Source: Octopus bimaculoides (Eukaryota). From it: 64,000 bases of DNA. Under the pieces are notes generated by a model. That model worked only from the letters and a program-made list of their open reading frames with translations. It made no database searches and was not told the origin of the DNA. A program made the translations under genes and the position numbers. The stretch covers positions 29,791,758-29,855,757 of the forward strand of contig NC_068986.1 in assembly GCF_001194135.2 (NCBI RefSeq), read 5' to 3'. Numbering within the stretch: position 1 is the stretch's first letter; each line of letters opens with the position of its first letter. Below are positions 51,232-64,000 of the stretch, in pieces.

Positions 51232-54200
51232 GTGAGTTTTCAAATAACATTTTTTTCTCTCTTTTAAGAACTTTTTTTAATGTGCTGTCTGGTTTTCAGT
51301 TTGGTGTGAATGCATAGAAAATAATATTTAAAACAAAAGAAAAAAAGAAGTTAGGATTTAATAAAAGTTTGTTCAAGTTAATTATAACTGAATTGCTATG
51401 ACAGTTAACTTTAAAATTGTCAACATATTCTGGCAACAATGACAAGTCTTGTAAGCCCAAAGATTTCTCAGCAGGAACTTACTGCCTGGAGGTTAATCAG
51501 TTTTTCACCCTTCCAATGGACTCATTAAAAAGCATTCTTCCTCTCCAATAACTGCTACCAAAATATATGGTTGAGTAATGAATCACTTTTTTCCCTTCAA
51601 AAGTAATATCCAAAGCATTGTCGAATTTACGTTGTGGAGGTGAAGTCTTTCTGCTAATAACACGAAGTGATTATTTTGCATCACTTTATCACTAATCCTG
51701 ATCCTATTAAAGAATTAATTTTGAATTCCTAAGTATTCAGTCTAAATAGCATTAACACTTATTCCTGATAATTGCTGACCTTGTTTTGAATCATAATAAT
51801 AACGACAATGCTCTTGCTCACTCACTCCATTTGCATATTTCCTTCTTTCCTTCTTTCACCTTTGTGTGGGTAAAGTTTAGAAACTTTTTTTTTTAAAAAG
51901 TTAATACTGGTTTTGCTTTCTAAGATATTAAAAATTCAATCTAAACTCTAGACATTGGTATTTAATTCTTTCTTTCTTTCTTTCTTTTTTTATCTTTCAT
52001 ATAACCTTTTGGATTATAGAAGAGAAACACGTAAGTAAACACAGTTCTATTGTTGAAAACAGTGAAAAAGGAAGTAACTTGTAGTGTTTGGATCCGAAGA
52101 ACTTCATCTCTGCAATGCTGTGAAATTTTATATTTTTAATCCATACTTACTGGCAAGAATCTTGCCCACTGTGGAAGCCAAGCAAAACATTTAAAAAAAA
52201 AAAAAGTGAGAGAGAGAGAGAGAAAAATAAAACATTTGTGCGTGTGTCTTTTAATGCCAATATTCTTCATAAATATTTGGAACAATCAGGAATAGGTGCA
52301 TTCTGACTTTGGACACTTCTTATCAATCAAGCAATATTTTGTATATAAATTGAACATAACTTTGCTTGATATTACTTTGGCATAAATAGTGCATCTTTGG
52401 GATTCTTCAAAACAGTACTCTCTTGTAATAAAGGGTTCATCTTTCCAAAAATCATGTCTGTCAATTGTATATTTTCAAACAAAACAAAACAAAAAAAAAT
52501 AACAAAAGTGAAAGANNNNNNNNNNNNNNNNNNNNNNNNNNNNNNNNNNNNNNNNNNNNNNNNNNNNNNNNNNNNNNNNNNNNNNNNNNNNNNNNNNNNN
52601 NNNNNNNNNNNNNNNNNNNNNNNNNNNNNNNNNNNNNNNNNNNNNNNNNNNNNNNNNNNNNNNNNNNNNNNNNNNNNNNNNNNNNNNNNNNNNNNNNNNN
52701 NNNNNNNNNNNNNNNNNNNNNNNNNNNNNNNNNNNNNNNNNNNNNNNNNNNNNNNNNNNNNNNNNNNNNNNNNNNNNNNNNNNNNNNNNNNNNNNNNNNN
52801 NNNNNNNNNNNNNNNNNNNNNNNNNNNNNNNNNNNNNNNNNNNNNNNNNNNNNNNNNNNNNNNNNNNNNNNNNNNNNNNNNNNNNNNNNNNNNNNNNNNN
52901 NNNNNNNNNNNNNNNNNNNNNNNNNNNNNNNNNNNNNNNNNNNNNNNNNNNNNNNNNNNNNNTATAAATTTGAAACTCTTATTTTATAACTTAAATAATA
53001 ATCTTGATAGCTATACCTATATATATGCCTTTCTATTTTCCTTATGTCTTTTTAAAAACATGAGACAAAATCTGAATGGCTAGATGAAATCTTGAAGTAA
53101 TTCTGTAATAAATTTGATATTAAAGTAGCCCTTTTTCCAATTAAGAAAGAAGTTCTTGTTGAATTATGTTGCTTTTACCCCCATCACCATTCTGAACAAC
53201 TTGAAGTAATGTATTGGTCTTGTAGGACCATAGATAAAATTATCTTTTTAAAAAAAAAAAAAAAAAAAAAAAGCTTATTGACCTATTTGAAATTTGGTAG
53301 CAATGAAGTGAAAGTCAGTTGGTTAGAACAACCTAATTCAAATTGTTTGATTTTAAGAAAAAATTATTCTTAATCTTCTCAACACCCAGTATCTTCTTTT
53401 GCTTACATATCACTAAACTCTTATATGTATGTGCGTTTGTGTGCATGTGTTAGTTTTCCAGCTAGCTTAACTTAGTGTCCATTTACTCAATGCAATGTCT
53501 ATGAAATGGACTGGTCCTTTAATTTCTTCACAATAAGCTCAATTTAACCAGATTTATCATAAAGTTGTCAATATTTGTTATCAAATAGTTATGTTACATA
53601 ACCACTTGACAGTCATCTGCTTTTAGTTTATCTTTTAACCCCGTGAATTCTAGTTTTACGTTTGGCAGTGTTTTTTATTCTTATATTATTTTTTCTTTAC
53701 TTCAAACCCAACATTTAGTTTGTGTGGCCTTTCTTTTTCTCAAAACGGTGTCCAAAGTTTCTTTAATCTGATCATTACATTTTCAGGAATAAGAATTCTT
53801 AGTCAGAACCCTGTGTTTCAAACAGGATTAAATACTGGAAATTAGATATTCTACTTTCACACTAGTGTTATGCAGAACACTCACATCTTCACTGTTTCAT
53901 CAACAGTCAGGCACCAGCTTATGTTAATTTATTTAAGCTAAACAAGCATTACATAACTGCAGTTTCGTTCTCTCAATTGACTGTTACATGTCAAGGGTTT
54001 GATAATATTAGTTGACTGATTGCTTTCAAAGCCTGCTGCTATGTACAGTAGACTACTTGAACAAAATCACAGTTTGCAAGAGGTAATATCCTTGTTTCTT
54101 ATATAAATTAACATATACGACTACACACCTTAAACAAGTTGTATTGCGTACTTATGTCTTTTTCTTGTGCTACACAGTACAAACAAAAACTGTATTTCTT

Positions 54201-54517
54201 CATTCTTTTACTGGTTTCAACCATTAGAATATGGCTCTGCCTTCAAATGTTTAAGTCAGTCATATTAATCTAATACCTCTTTCAGGCTGTTACTTCTTTG
54301 TCAATTTATGATAGTCGAGTAGATAAGCATATATGTATTTGAATGTGTATGTATGATGGGTCTCTACACAGTCTCTGCCCTCCAAATTCCACAAGACTCT
54401 GGTAAAAGACATTTGCCAAGGTGTTGATCTGTGGCAATGGGCCTAGAATTGATGTAAAGCAAACTTCATACCATAAAGCCCTGATGATGCCCCAGATGAG
54501 TGTTTTATATAATATAG

Positions 54518-54611
<94 letters not shown>

Positions 54612-54627
54612 ATGTATATATATATGG

Positions 54628-54843
54628 TTAGTCTACATTACTCCATAAGGATCATAGGGCCAGTTTCTCTGGTTTATACATCCCTCCCTGGATAGGATAC
54701 CAGCTCATTACAGGATTACACTAGAGCAATGTGAAATGAAATGTTTTGCTGAAGAACACAATGCATCACCCAGCCTAGGAATCAAAACCACAATCTCATG
54801 ATCATGAGTCCAACACCCTAACCACTAAGCCATGTGCCTCCAC
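54628..54843 (-). mobile_element. Family G SINE
   Basis: The reverse complement begins GTGGAGGCACATGGCTTAGTGGTTAGGGTGTTGGACTCATG and aligns with 14005-14230. Confidence 0.75.
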
Positions 54844-54850
54844 TAATATA

Positions 54851-54916
<66 letters not shown>

Positions 54917-55158
54917 GAACTAAATGGAAACAATATAAAGTTTGAAATATGTTAAGAAGCTGTATTAATTTAGAGTTAATCATTAGCTCTGGTGTCTGTA
55001 GCATTGACTCAACAGGCCAAGTTATCTATGACAAAGGATGTTAATTTTCCCTAAGAAAGCAGTGTACTTTTGTGCACTGAAGCAAGAAGGATTATCTTGT
55101 TTGGATATAAGGAAATACCTACAACGAGCGATTACTTATGTATGCTATATGGACTAGT

Positions 55159-55538
55159 TGTTGTTGTTGGCACTCCGTCGCTTATGACGTCGAGGGTTCC
55201 AGTTGATCCGATCAACGGAACAGCCTGCTCGTGAAATTAACGTGCAAGTGGCTGAGCACTCCAGACGTGTACCCTTAACGCAGTTCTCGAGGAGATTCAG
55301 CGTGACACAGTGTGACAAGGCTGACCCTTTGAATTACAGGCACAACAGAAACAGGAAGAAAGAGTGAGAGAAAGTTGTGGTGAAAGAGTACAGCAGGGTT
55401 TGCCAACATCCCGGAGCCTCGTGGAGCTTTAAGTGTTTTTCGCTCAATAATCACTCACAACGCCTGGTCTGGGAATCGAAACCGCGATCCTATGACCGCG
55501 TGTCCGCTGCCCTAACCACTGGGTCATTGCGCCTCCAC
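55159..55538 (-). mobile_element. tRNA-derived SINE, family C (full length, young)
   Basis: Reverse complement of the 48364 copy, with a (CAA)n tail. 10-bp TSD ATGGACTAGT (55149-55158) and ATGAACTAGT (55539-55548). Confidence 0.92.
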
Positions 55539-55787
55539 ATGAACTAGTACTAGCACTCCAATATATAGATGTATCTATATATGTTTGTTCATTTAATGTC
55601 TGCATTTTCAATGGTATGGAATGGGTGAGGACTATCTAAGGCAGCATTTTCATTTTTTCTCCTGTCACCAATTCTTATGTTTTTCAAGTGAAGAGCAACT
55701 AGTTGAAATGTCAGCAATGAATGTAAACATCACCATATGGCTCAAATTGTAACAAGCGAAAGGTGTGGAATATCAACATGTGTATGT

Positions 55788-55859
<72 letters not shown>

Positions 55860-56997
55860 ATACACATACACATTGGGCTTCTCTGTAGGTTACCATTTAC
55901 TTGTTCTACTCACAATACTTTAGTTGGTCCATGGCTGTCGTAGAAGTGGGAATGAACTTGAAACTGGTTGCGAAGCAAACTTCTTAACGACTGTGCCATT
56001 TCTGCACCTGTCTGGGACTTGAGTCAAGTCAACTGAGACTCCTGTTGCAATTGGCTTAAAATATATTTCACTACAAAGATCTTATCATAGTAACCTATCT
56101 GTAGATATATATATGATTGTGTGAAGCCAATGTATGATAAATATTATCTTGTAGTGATATATATATATATACACAGAGAGAGATAAGCATCACATTCAGT
56201 ATTAAATCAATATTTAAAATGCTTACATATTATACACAAAGAACATTTCAAATTAAAATAGAAGTTGAGTATTAAAACTAATGTGTTTTATTGAGTTGGT
56301 CAATTAAGGTAATTTGTAAACTTCCATTAGTGAATGGATTGGTACAAACAATTCAAACTCTTCTTTGATTGACTTTTACACTTGTGACACCTACTTCAGC
56401 ATTTTGGATTGATTATAAACCAATCTCTTTCGAAATGCCTAGGCCAAAGAAATTGCTATCATTATCATCATCATTTGGTCGTGTTGGTTTTGGGATACTG
56501 CTAGATTAGAGTGCTCAGTTTCGTACCTAATTCTTCTGTATTTAAATGTTATCACTTGGGATATATGAAACAGAGATCGGTTTGAGCAGGCTTATATCAG
56601 AAGGCATTTTCATTCAAGCACAGTGTAAGTAGGACTTCATTATCCAATGTGCCCCTCTTTTTTTTTTTAAAGACAATTGTATTATTCTTTGAAGGGAAAT
56701 TTGCTGCTATTTCTAGCAATTTGAGTGAGTTTAAACAATAAACATTCCATTTTGCAAGAAAACTCATCACATTATTACTCCTGTGTAGATGTGACCCACT
56801 GACTTATTTCTGGTTTTCTTTTTTGTCTGAAATTCCTTACTTATAGTTTCTAATCACCTTTTTAGCAGATTTTACTATTTAAGATAAATACAAATCTATA
56901 ACTTTTCCATTTTATAAAATTGCTTTTTATCTACAAATATTTTTTTTTATTCAGATTTTCTTGTTTTATTGTTGCTTCATTTTCCTGAGTTAAAAAG

Positions 56998-57099
56998 TTG
57001 TACGAGGATAACATTCTTTTTAAACATATTAACTCTACTGGTATTCCTGAATTGTATGAGGATAACATTCTTTTTAAAAATATTAACTCTACTGGTATT
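56998..57099. repeat. 54-bp tandem duplication (about 1.9 copies)
   Basis: TTGTA(C/T)GAGGATAACATTCTTTTTAAA(C/A)ATATTAACTCTACTGGTATT at 56998 and 57052. Confidence 0.9.
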
Positions 57100-57624
57100 G
57101 GCTACGCAAAAGGGAAACAAATTAACAGTTTATAAATCTATCAAACAGCTTCCCGTATTTCAAATTATTTAGTCCATTGCATTTTATTGCTTGATCTGCA
57201 AACTTATCAAACAGTTACATCCCATAGTATTATTTCAAGATTTCTGGGCAATATATGTCATCTGTTTTAAGAAGTCAATATCAAAAAGTGATGTCGTGTA
57301 TTATATCCATTTATATGATGTATATAAAATATTAATTTTGATGTTTATACCGTAATAAACATCAATAACTTTTAAATTACTCTCTTTTTTTTTAATATTA
57401 TATATTACTTGTTTACTAGTAAACATTTGGTTATCTCCTCCCCTATTTTTTTTTGTTTTATTAGGAAAAGTAATCATTACAAGTACCATGATGACTGCTA
57501 TTCATCGTTAATAGATTACCTATTACTGTTGTTAGAGACCCAGTAGATCTCTTTCCATTAGAGAATGATAATGATTTTGGTAAATTTCCTAGACTATAAC
57601 TTAGAATTTATTAACACTGAAGGT

Positions 57625-57801
57625 CAGTTTAAACATTTAAACTGGCTTGATTCAGCCTCTCACACCTACCCTTCAATGTCATTCTAAAAATAACCACATC
57701 GTCAAAATCTTGAAGGTACGAGATACTCCATGATTAATTTTAAAAAATGCGGATAAATAACTATTATGTTTGATAAAGTAATCTGAATGCTAAAGGGTTA
57801 A
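57625..57801 (-). mobile_element. Family E MITE (internally deleted)
   Basis: CAGCCTCTCACACCTACCCTTCAATGTCATTCT...AATCTGAATGCTAAAGGGTTAA. Confidence 0.7.
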
Positions 57802-59714
57802 GACACCAAACTAGATACATTATTGTAACCATTTCTATGTTCTACTGTCTTGGTTAGTTCTGGTTCCTCTGCTTATATAGTAATATATAAAAACTGGATT
57901 CTGTTTTAGTTTTTTTTTTTCTATTTTTCTATTTGAATAGGTGTTGTATAGTCAACACTTGATAAATGCTTATGTTTATTTATTTATTTACTTGATTTAT
58001 TTACTTGGAGCTATTAGTCATATTATTCAGGTTATCATAATGCAACAGGAAGACGTTGAGTAAATTAGTTTAGATTATAATCTCGGAACTCTTTACTTTG
58101 CTGACATGTAGTATTTTATTTACACTGACCATATCTCTCACTTGTGTCGCCCTATGTTTGCTGTTATGAAGACCATCTCCATTTATTTATTTTTCAATGT
58201 TATTTCTATCTCCTAGGCACTTAAACCTGATGCACCTCACTCTGTACACAACCGACAGCTTTGTGAACACTGACTACTTGTTAGAATCACTTTCCAAACC
58301 ATTCCCTTCTCTACCTTATTTAGTATGTGTGCGCAAGGCTTTGGTTTGGCTTACAAGCAAATAGACGTTTCTTACTATTCCAGTTTACAAAGCTAGTAGC
58401 GTCATCTCATTAAACACTGAAAAGTCACTTCAACAATTGCCAGCGTTTATTCTACACAGTTGGAGACTCCAAACAAACAGAATGCCATCTGTCCTATAAT
58501 GTTTGTCTATCCATTTTCTCCTTCTCTGTTAGTTTTGTTAGTCTAAATTACTTGCTCTCATCAGTTTTTCTAAACTTTTTCTAGTCATAATAGTGTTCTT
58601 CATCTCATAAATTTTGTCCTTCGCTTTTGTCTACATTTTCTCTGCTTGTTCAGATGGCTATTTTTTTTTTTGTTTCTCTGCTGTTTTATCTTTTCTTTAT
58701 CCAATAAATCTGTATTCTTAGCTCTTAACTCTTTTAGTTTTATTTGGTCATTTGTTTTGCAATTTCTGAACAGGTTTTTATTTTTATCGTTAAAAGTGCA
58801 TTTTTTTTTTTTAATATATTTTAGAATCATTTCTTTACACTATACACACTGGCTATTTTATTCTTTGAAATAATCGGTTTTTTTTTGTCTTAATTTTCTA
58901 TTGATATATATTATTTTAGGTCATCCTATTGTTCATTATCAGTTTACTATTTTGTTTTGACTGTTTTCATTGCTAACATCTAACATTATCAACACCTTTG
59001 ACCCGTCTTAATTGGATTACATTGTTGAAATAATTACTAATCGCAAGTTATTAGTATTTTCAGTGATGTCTTTCAGTGGTGTCTATGATGATAGGATCCA
59101 TAAAAAACACCAAGCTTTTTCCTTCAATCCCCTTTGCTGTTCAGTTTGTCATCATTATTACTAATTTACAGCTTCACTTCCTTACCGATGCTTCCATCCC
59201 ATGACATCTGTTAGTACCGTTTAGTATATACATTTGTTAGTGTCATATAGTATAACTAACATTTGGTAGTATCAGTGTTTCAATATTATTTCACTTACAC
59301 CTACTTAGCCATGTTGTTAAAGCAATTATCAGGAACATTAGACGTTAGGCTGTTATCTTCAGGTAATCTCTGTTGGTAGCACCTGACTAATGCACTGAAT
59401 CAGTGACTGAGTAACTGCTGAGATCTTAGAATTACCCTCCTTGTTTCACCATTAAATTTGGTATATAAACAGATTTGATAACTGAAGGTACCAAACCCAA
59501 AGTAGTTGTATCAACATTACTACAATATTTTTTTTTTCTCAGCAGCATTGCATAAACCAAAAATATGTTTCTTTTTCTAGATATAGAAGCCTTCTATTTT
59601 AAAAGTGAAAATGGGGGAAATTGCATTTATTACTAGTCTTAAGAAATTTGCAAATCTAGCTAAAGTGAAATGGTTTTAATATGATGTGTAAGTAAAGTTA
59701 ATTCCAGAAATATG

Positions 59715-59950
59715 TTGTTTTAATTTAATCTTTTTGTGGTCATATCTGTAATGAAATACACTATGTGTTGTTTCAATTAATTTTGAAAATAATCAAAAAT
59801 TTATAGGGAAAGTAGTAAAATAATAAACTGGTGTTTGGAACATAAAAATTTCACATAGGATTAAGATGAAATGTTTTAAGCTAAATCCAAATACTTCTAC
59901 AACGAAAGGCTTCTATCGTTAGATGCAGAGGTGGTATCGAAAGGGGTTAA
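59715..59950. mobile_element. Probable second piggyBac-like MITE remnant
   Basis: Right end GGTATCGAAAGGGGTTAA resembles a CCC..GGG/TTAA terminus. The left end is not clearly identifiable. Confidence 0.35.
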
Positions 59951-61762
59951 CCAAAAGAAACCAATCTTGCTCTATAGAATATTAAGAGGATTAAAAGAGG
60001 AAATGAACTTAATTTTATTTCAATAGAAATTTACTGAAAAGAAATATTTTTGTTTTTACTTAATTGGTTTATATAGAATCAAGTTCAATCCTAACTAGCT
60101 GCTAACATTTGACTTGTTTTTTTCTTTTAAATTAAATCTGATTTTAGAGCTTAACCTCTTTTATTTATTTGTTGACTTTTTTTTTTTAATATTATGTCAT
60201 TCCAAGTTTTTTCTGGAAATAGTGGAAAGCCTTTTTGAAAAGAAGACACATTTGTTAATCCATTTTAAGTACCTCACTGTTTATCATGATTTTAAAATTT
60301 CTTTGTAATTTTATTCCTTCTATAAAATTTAGGGCTCTTACAAAGATCCCTATAATAATGTATTAGGCATTCATCACTCAAACAATTGGGAGAATTTTCA
60401 TGTGATGGTTTGCATGCTTAATAAAAGCAGGTTCAAAAAAGCAAATCTTTTCTTGATCTGTTTATTGGCAAAAATAGTTAAAGAGTGAAATTGGATGTAA
60501 AAAAAAGAAATTGGAATCCAGTGTGTATCTGATTTTATTTTGCGGTAGTTTTAAATTCTTTGCTCTTAAGATTTTTTTTGTGTGGTGATGGTGGTGGTGG
60601 TGGGGTAGATCAGTGAACAGAGAGAGATCAACTTTTCTTCGTTTACTTTCTTGATAATCCCTAAGATGAATTAAAATGTAAAGAAAAGTATATCGGTCAC
60701 AAATTTCTAAAAAAAAGTGATTGCTTGTGTGCTCTGTAAAATTTTAAATTTTGTAAAATTTTTCTGAAAATTATATCCAATCTTTTCTATTTAAAGTTCT
60801 TGTTAATGTTGATTGAGGTTGCTGTACCTGTTGCATTTAAACACAGTTTCCTGGAATTTCAAATAAAAATATATTTTATTCATAGACTCTATCCTCATGT
60901 TTGTTTAGCTTTAAGAAACAGTTATTGGTATTTTTTAAACTATATCTCCTATATATTTTATATTTTCGGTTTTTTTTTTTGTTTTTTCATCTCCACAAAC
61001 GAAAATAGCCGTAGGAGTGGAGAATCTGAATTTCTTTAGGTACCAATGTCAGTCAAAACCACACTGCATTCTGTAGAATGTTCTCAAGATGTCAACTTCA
61101 TTGATTTTTGTTCAATACCTGCACAATTTCTATTTGAAGTAAAAAAATTACTTTCATATTAGTAGACAGGCAGTTTATTGTTTTTACATTCTGCTATAAA
61201 TTGGGTTGAAATTATATATAAACTAATTCTATTATGTTGATGTAAATAGTTATGATTTTTTAATTTTTTTCTTCCTCATTGAACAAATTTTTGTTTATCT
61301 ATACTTTGTAAACAAAGGTTAGCCTTCTCTTTTTGTACTTTTCATATGCTGAAAAGTTTGTCATAAACTTTTCAATTTAAAAATTTAAAGCTAGTTCTAA
61401 TGAAACTTTTCTATTATACAAAAATCTTAATTCCATTTCTCTTATATTTTTCATATAAAATAATGTAAAGAATTTTACCTAATTTCTACAAAAAATAGGT
61501 GTACATAAGCATGTACTGTTTTTTTTTGTTTTTTTTTTTGTTTGTTTTTTGTTTTGTCCCCTCATCATTTTAATCACCCTACTACATTCTGAAATATTTC
61601 ACACATGTCTTAGTGCAAGTTGAAATTTCTTTTATATATTCTGATTCATAGAATAGTTGTCTATTGATAATCCCTCAAATGTTTTCATATATTTTGTCCC
61701 TAATTTTCTTATGTTTGAGGGGTTTTTGCCTCCAGCAGCTTAATGAAAAAATAACTTGGTTT

Positions 61763-61796
<34 letters not shown>

Positions 61797-64000
61797 GGGG
61801 GGTCATTAACAGTCCATATGTCCATCCTAGGTCAGGTTAGCTATATAGAGATAATTTATAGCACTGGGATCTGTTTCTGATAAACATTTTATTTTTAATG
61901 ATATCTGCTTGTGGAAAACAAAAATGTTTAATACAGACGTGAAGCGAGGTCATTGGATTTTCATCAAATTTGTCTACAAAAAAGAACTATAAAATTATTA
62001 AAAATCAAATAAAAATGGAAGCCCTTCATTGGAAGTCTGGAAAATCTGTTTGAGTTTTATTTATATTTACACAATGCTGTTAATTACAAGTGGGATAAAT
62101 ATTGATATTCCCTCCTTTTTAGAAAGAAAACCAATTGTGTTTTTGACAATTCCTGCTTGGCATTGTTTACTTGTACTTTAAAAAAAAATATTTTATGAAT
62201 AAAACTGCAAATTATACCATGATTAATGGCCATATTCCTGTGTGAGTTTCTCTCTTTTGACTATTGATATATATATATATATATACTTCCTTTTTTTTCT
62301 GGTTATCTCTTTTGTTGGTATCATTAGAATTTAACAATGCTACCGACAAGATGTTTTTTTCTCTCTCTATTTTTTTAATCATTCCTCACAGCTTGGTGAA
62401 TAGCGTAGGTTTGATTTTTTTTTTTTTGTTCCCCCCTCCCATTACATGAGCAGCAATAGACCTATTGAAACTGGGTATTTTTTGTTCTACCACAGTTTAA
62501 ACAAACACTGTTTGATAGCTTCTCATTTGATATACATAACTGACATACAAGTTAATAGAATTAATGCAACTTTCATAACTTGTCTTCCAAAAACCTCCTT
62601 TGCGCTTCTTTTACAAAAAAACAAAAGAAAAAAAAGTTTTTTCAGTCCAATTGTGCTCTGCTNNNNNNNNNNNNNNNNNNNNNNNNNNNNNNNNNNNNNN
62701 NNNNNNNNNNNNNNNNNNNNNNNNNNNNNNNNNNNNNNNNNNNNNNNNNNNNNNNNNNNNNNNNNNNNNNNNNNNNNNNNNNNNNNNNNNNNNNNNNNNN
62801 NNNNNNNNNNNNNNNNNNNNNNNNNNNNNNNNNNNNNNNNNNNNNNNNNNNNNAACATAGATTATTGGAAATGTTGCTTCCAATCATAATTCTGCACAAT
62901 TTAATTCTTTCCAAATTTGTTTTGGGGACATAAAACAGTGTGTAAACCAACCATACTTGAGAATGTTTTCCATGAAATACAGACTTCCCAACTATTTTTT
63001 TATGTTCTGTTTTTCTTTGTTATTTTTGTGTTTCTCAATATTAGAAGTTTTAAGATGATCCATTAACACTTTAGCTGTGCATTATGTCTTCCATCTGTCA
63101 AAATCAAGATATGTCCTTGTTATTTATATCTGAAAGAAACAAAAGAATTTTAAGATTGTTTTTTTTTTTTTTTAAGATTAAGCCTTCATATGAGTCTTCT
63201 TTTCCAGATTTAAACAAGTCTGTTTCAAAGACAAATTTATTAGGTTTTACAGAAACAATAATATATTTTCTCAATGAAAAGTTTCTCAATAATTAGTCTT
63301 CAAAGCACTTATGTGAACAAGTATTTGATTATGTAGTGAGGTTGTACAGAAAATCAGTGCTTTGACAGCAATGAATTAACCAATTGTTTCTGGATATTGG
63401 CATCAATCCAGTTGCATGTCTGCAATAGTCTTTGTCTCTGAGACAGACCCTCTCTTACTGTTGTTACATTACTTAGCATAGTATCTCTCTCTGTCTCACT
63501 CACACACACATACACACTTTAATCAGGTGATTAATTTCAATGTCCTCATAGAAGAATATAATTTTAGGTGAATAATACCATGACCTCAAGAACCTACTTT
63601 ATCTGTCGCCTTTTGAAATTTACAACCTAAATCTAGACTCCCTGCATGTCCTCGACTTCTGTTAACATTTTCTCCTTGCCAAATTCACTCATGAAATTTC
63701 TATATCTTTATTAATTAACTGTAACTCTATACATTTGAAACCTGACATTGTCTCACATCACCTTTTGGTTTAAGAATGGCAGGCATTTGTAAGATATAAT
63801 TCCAAACAATTAATGTGCTATTACTTGTGACAGTTTCCTGTTTCACTCTTATACTTTATAGCTTAGTCTTCAACTGGTTACTTCTTTCTTTATAATAGCA
63901 AAGACATCTCTACACAAACTCACCATTTCACCCCCACCCTTATTTTCTTCTTTTTCCTCCTCTTACCTCTTGCATTACTCTCTTCAAAAATTATCTACCA

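Noticed and set aside
58216-58290. TCTCCTAG acceptor as candidate next groucho exon
   Set aside because: The required phase-1 frame hits TAA at once (GC ACT TAA).

Overview
Repeat-rich, AT-rich eukaryotic DNA with 12 assembly gaps. The SINE and microsatellite content suggests an octopus (coleoid cephalopod) genome; this is inference. The window lies inside one + strand gene, a Groucho/TLE corepressor. Four consecutive coding exons are visible, each with AG/GT boundaries and a continuous frame: 28772-28816 (YYEMSYGLNVEMHKQ), 46740-46802 (TEIAKRLNAICAQVIPFLSQE), 50223-50297 ([25 protein letters not shown]) and 51054-51231 (GP domain). The N-terminal exons and the CcN/SP/WD40 exons were not found; they lie outside the window or in gaps. 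The introns hold several tRNA-headed SINE families, (ATC)n-tailed LINE-type 3' ends, TTAA-flanked piggyBac-like MITEs, a hAT-like MITE with an 8-bp TSD, an internally deleted DD37D (maT-type) Tc1/mariner element and many microsatellites. Best leads: (1) a young inverted SINE pair bracketing two exons, a circRNA/ADAR geometry; (2) a CpG-retaining ~2.6 kb island before and across the 50223 exon, a possible internal promoter or enhancer; (3) a Penelope-type minimal hammerhead ribozyme motif in the sense strand of an intron; (4) a possible intronic-polyadenylation, AES-like short isoform. No prokaryotic features, CRISPR arrays, rRNA or genuine tRNA genes are supported. Nearly all ORFs in the supplied track are microsatellite or N-gap artefacts.
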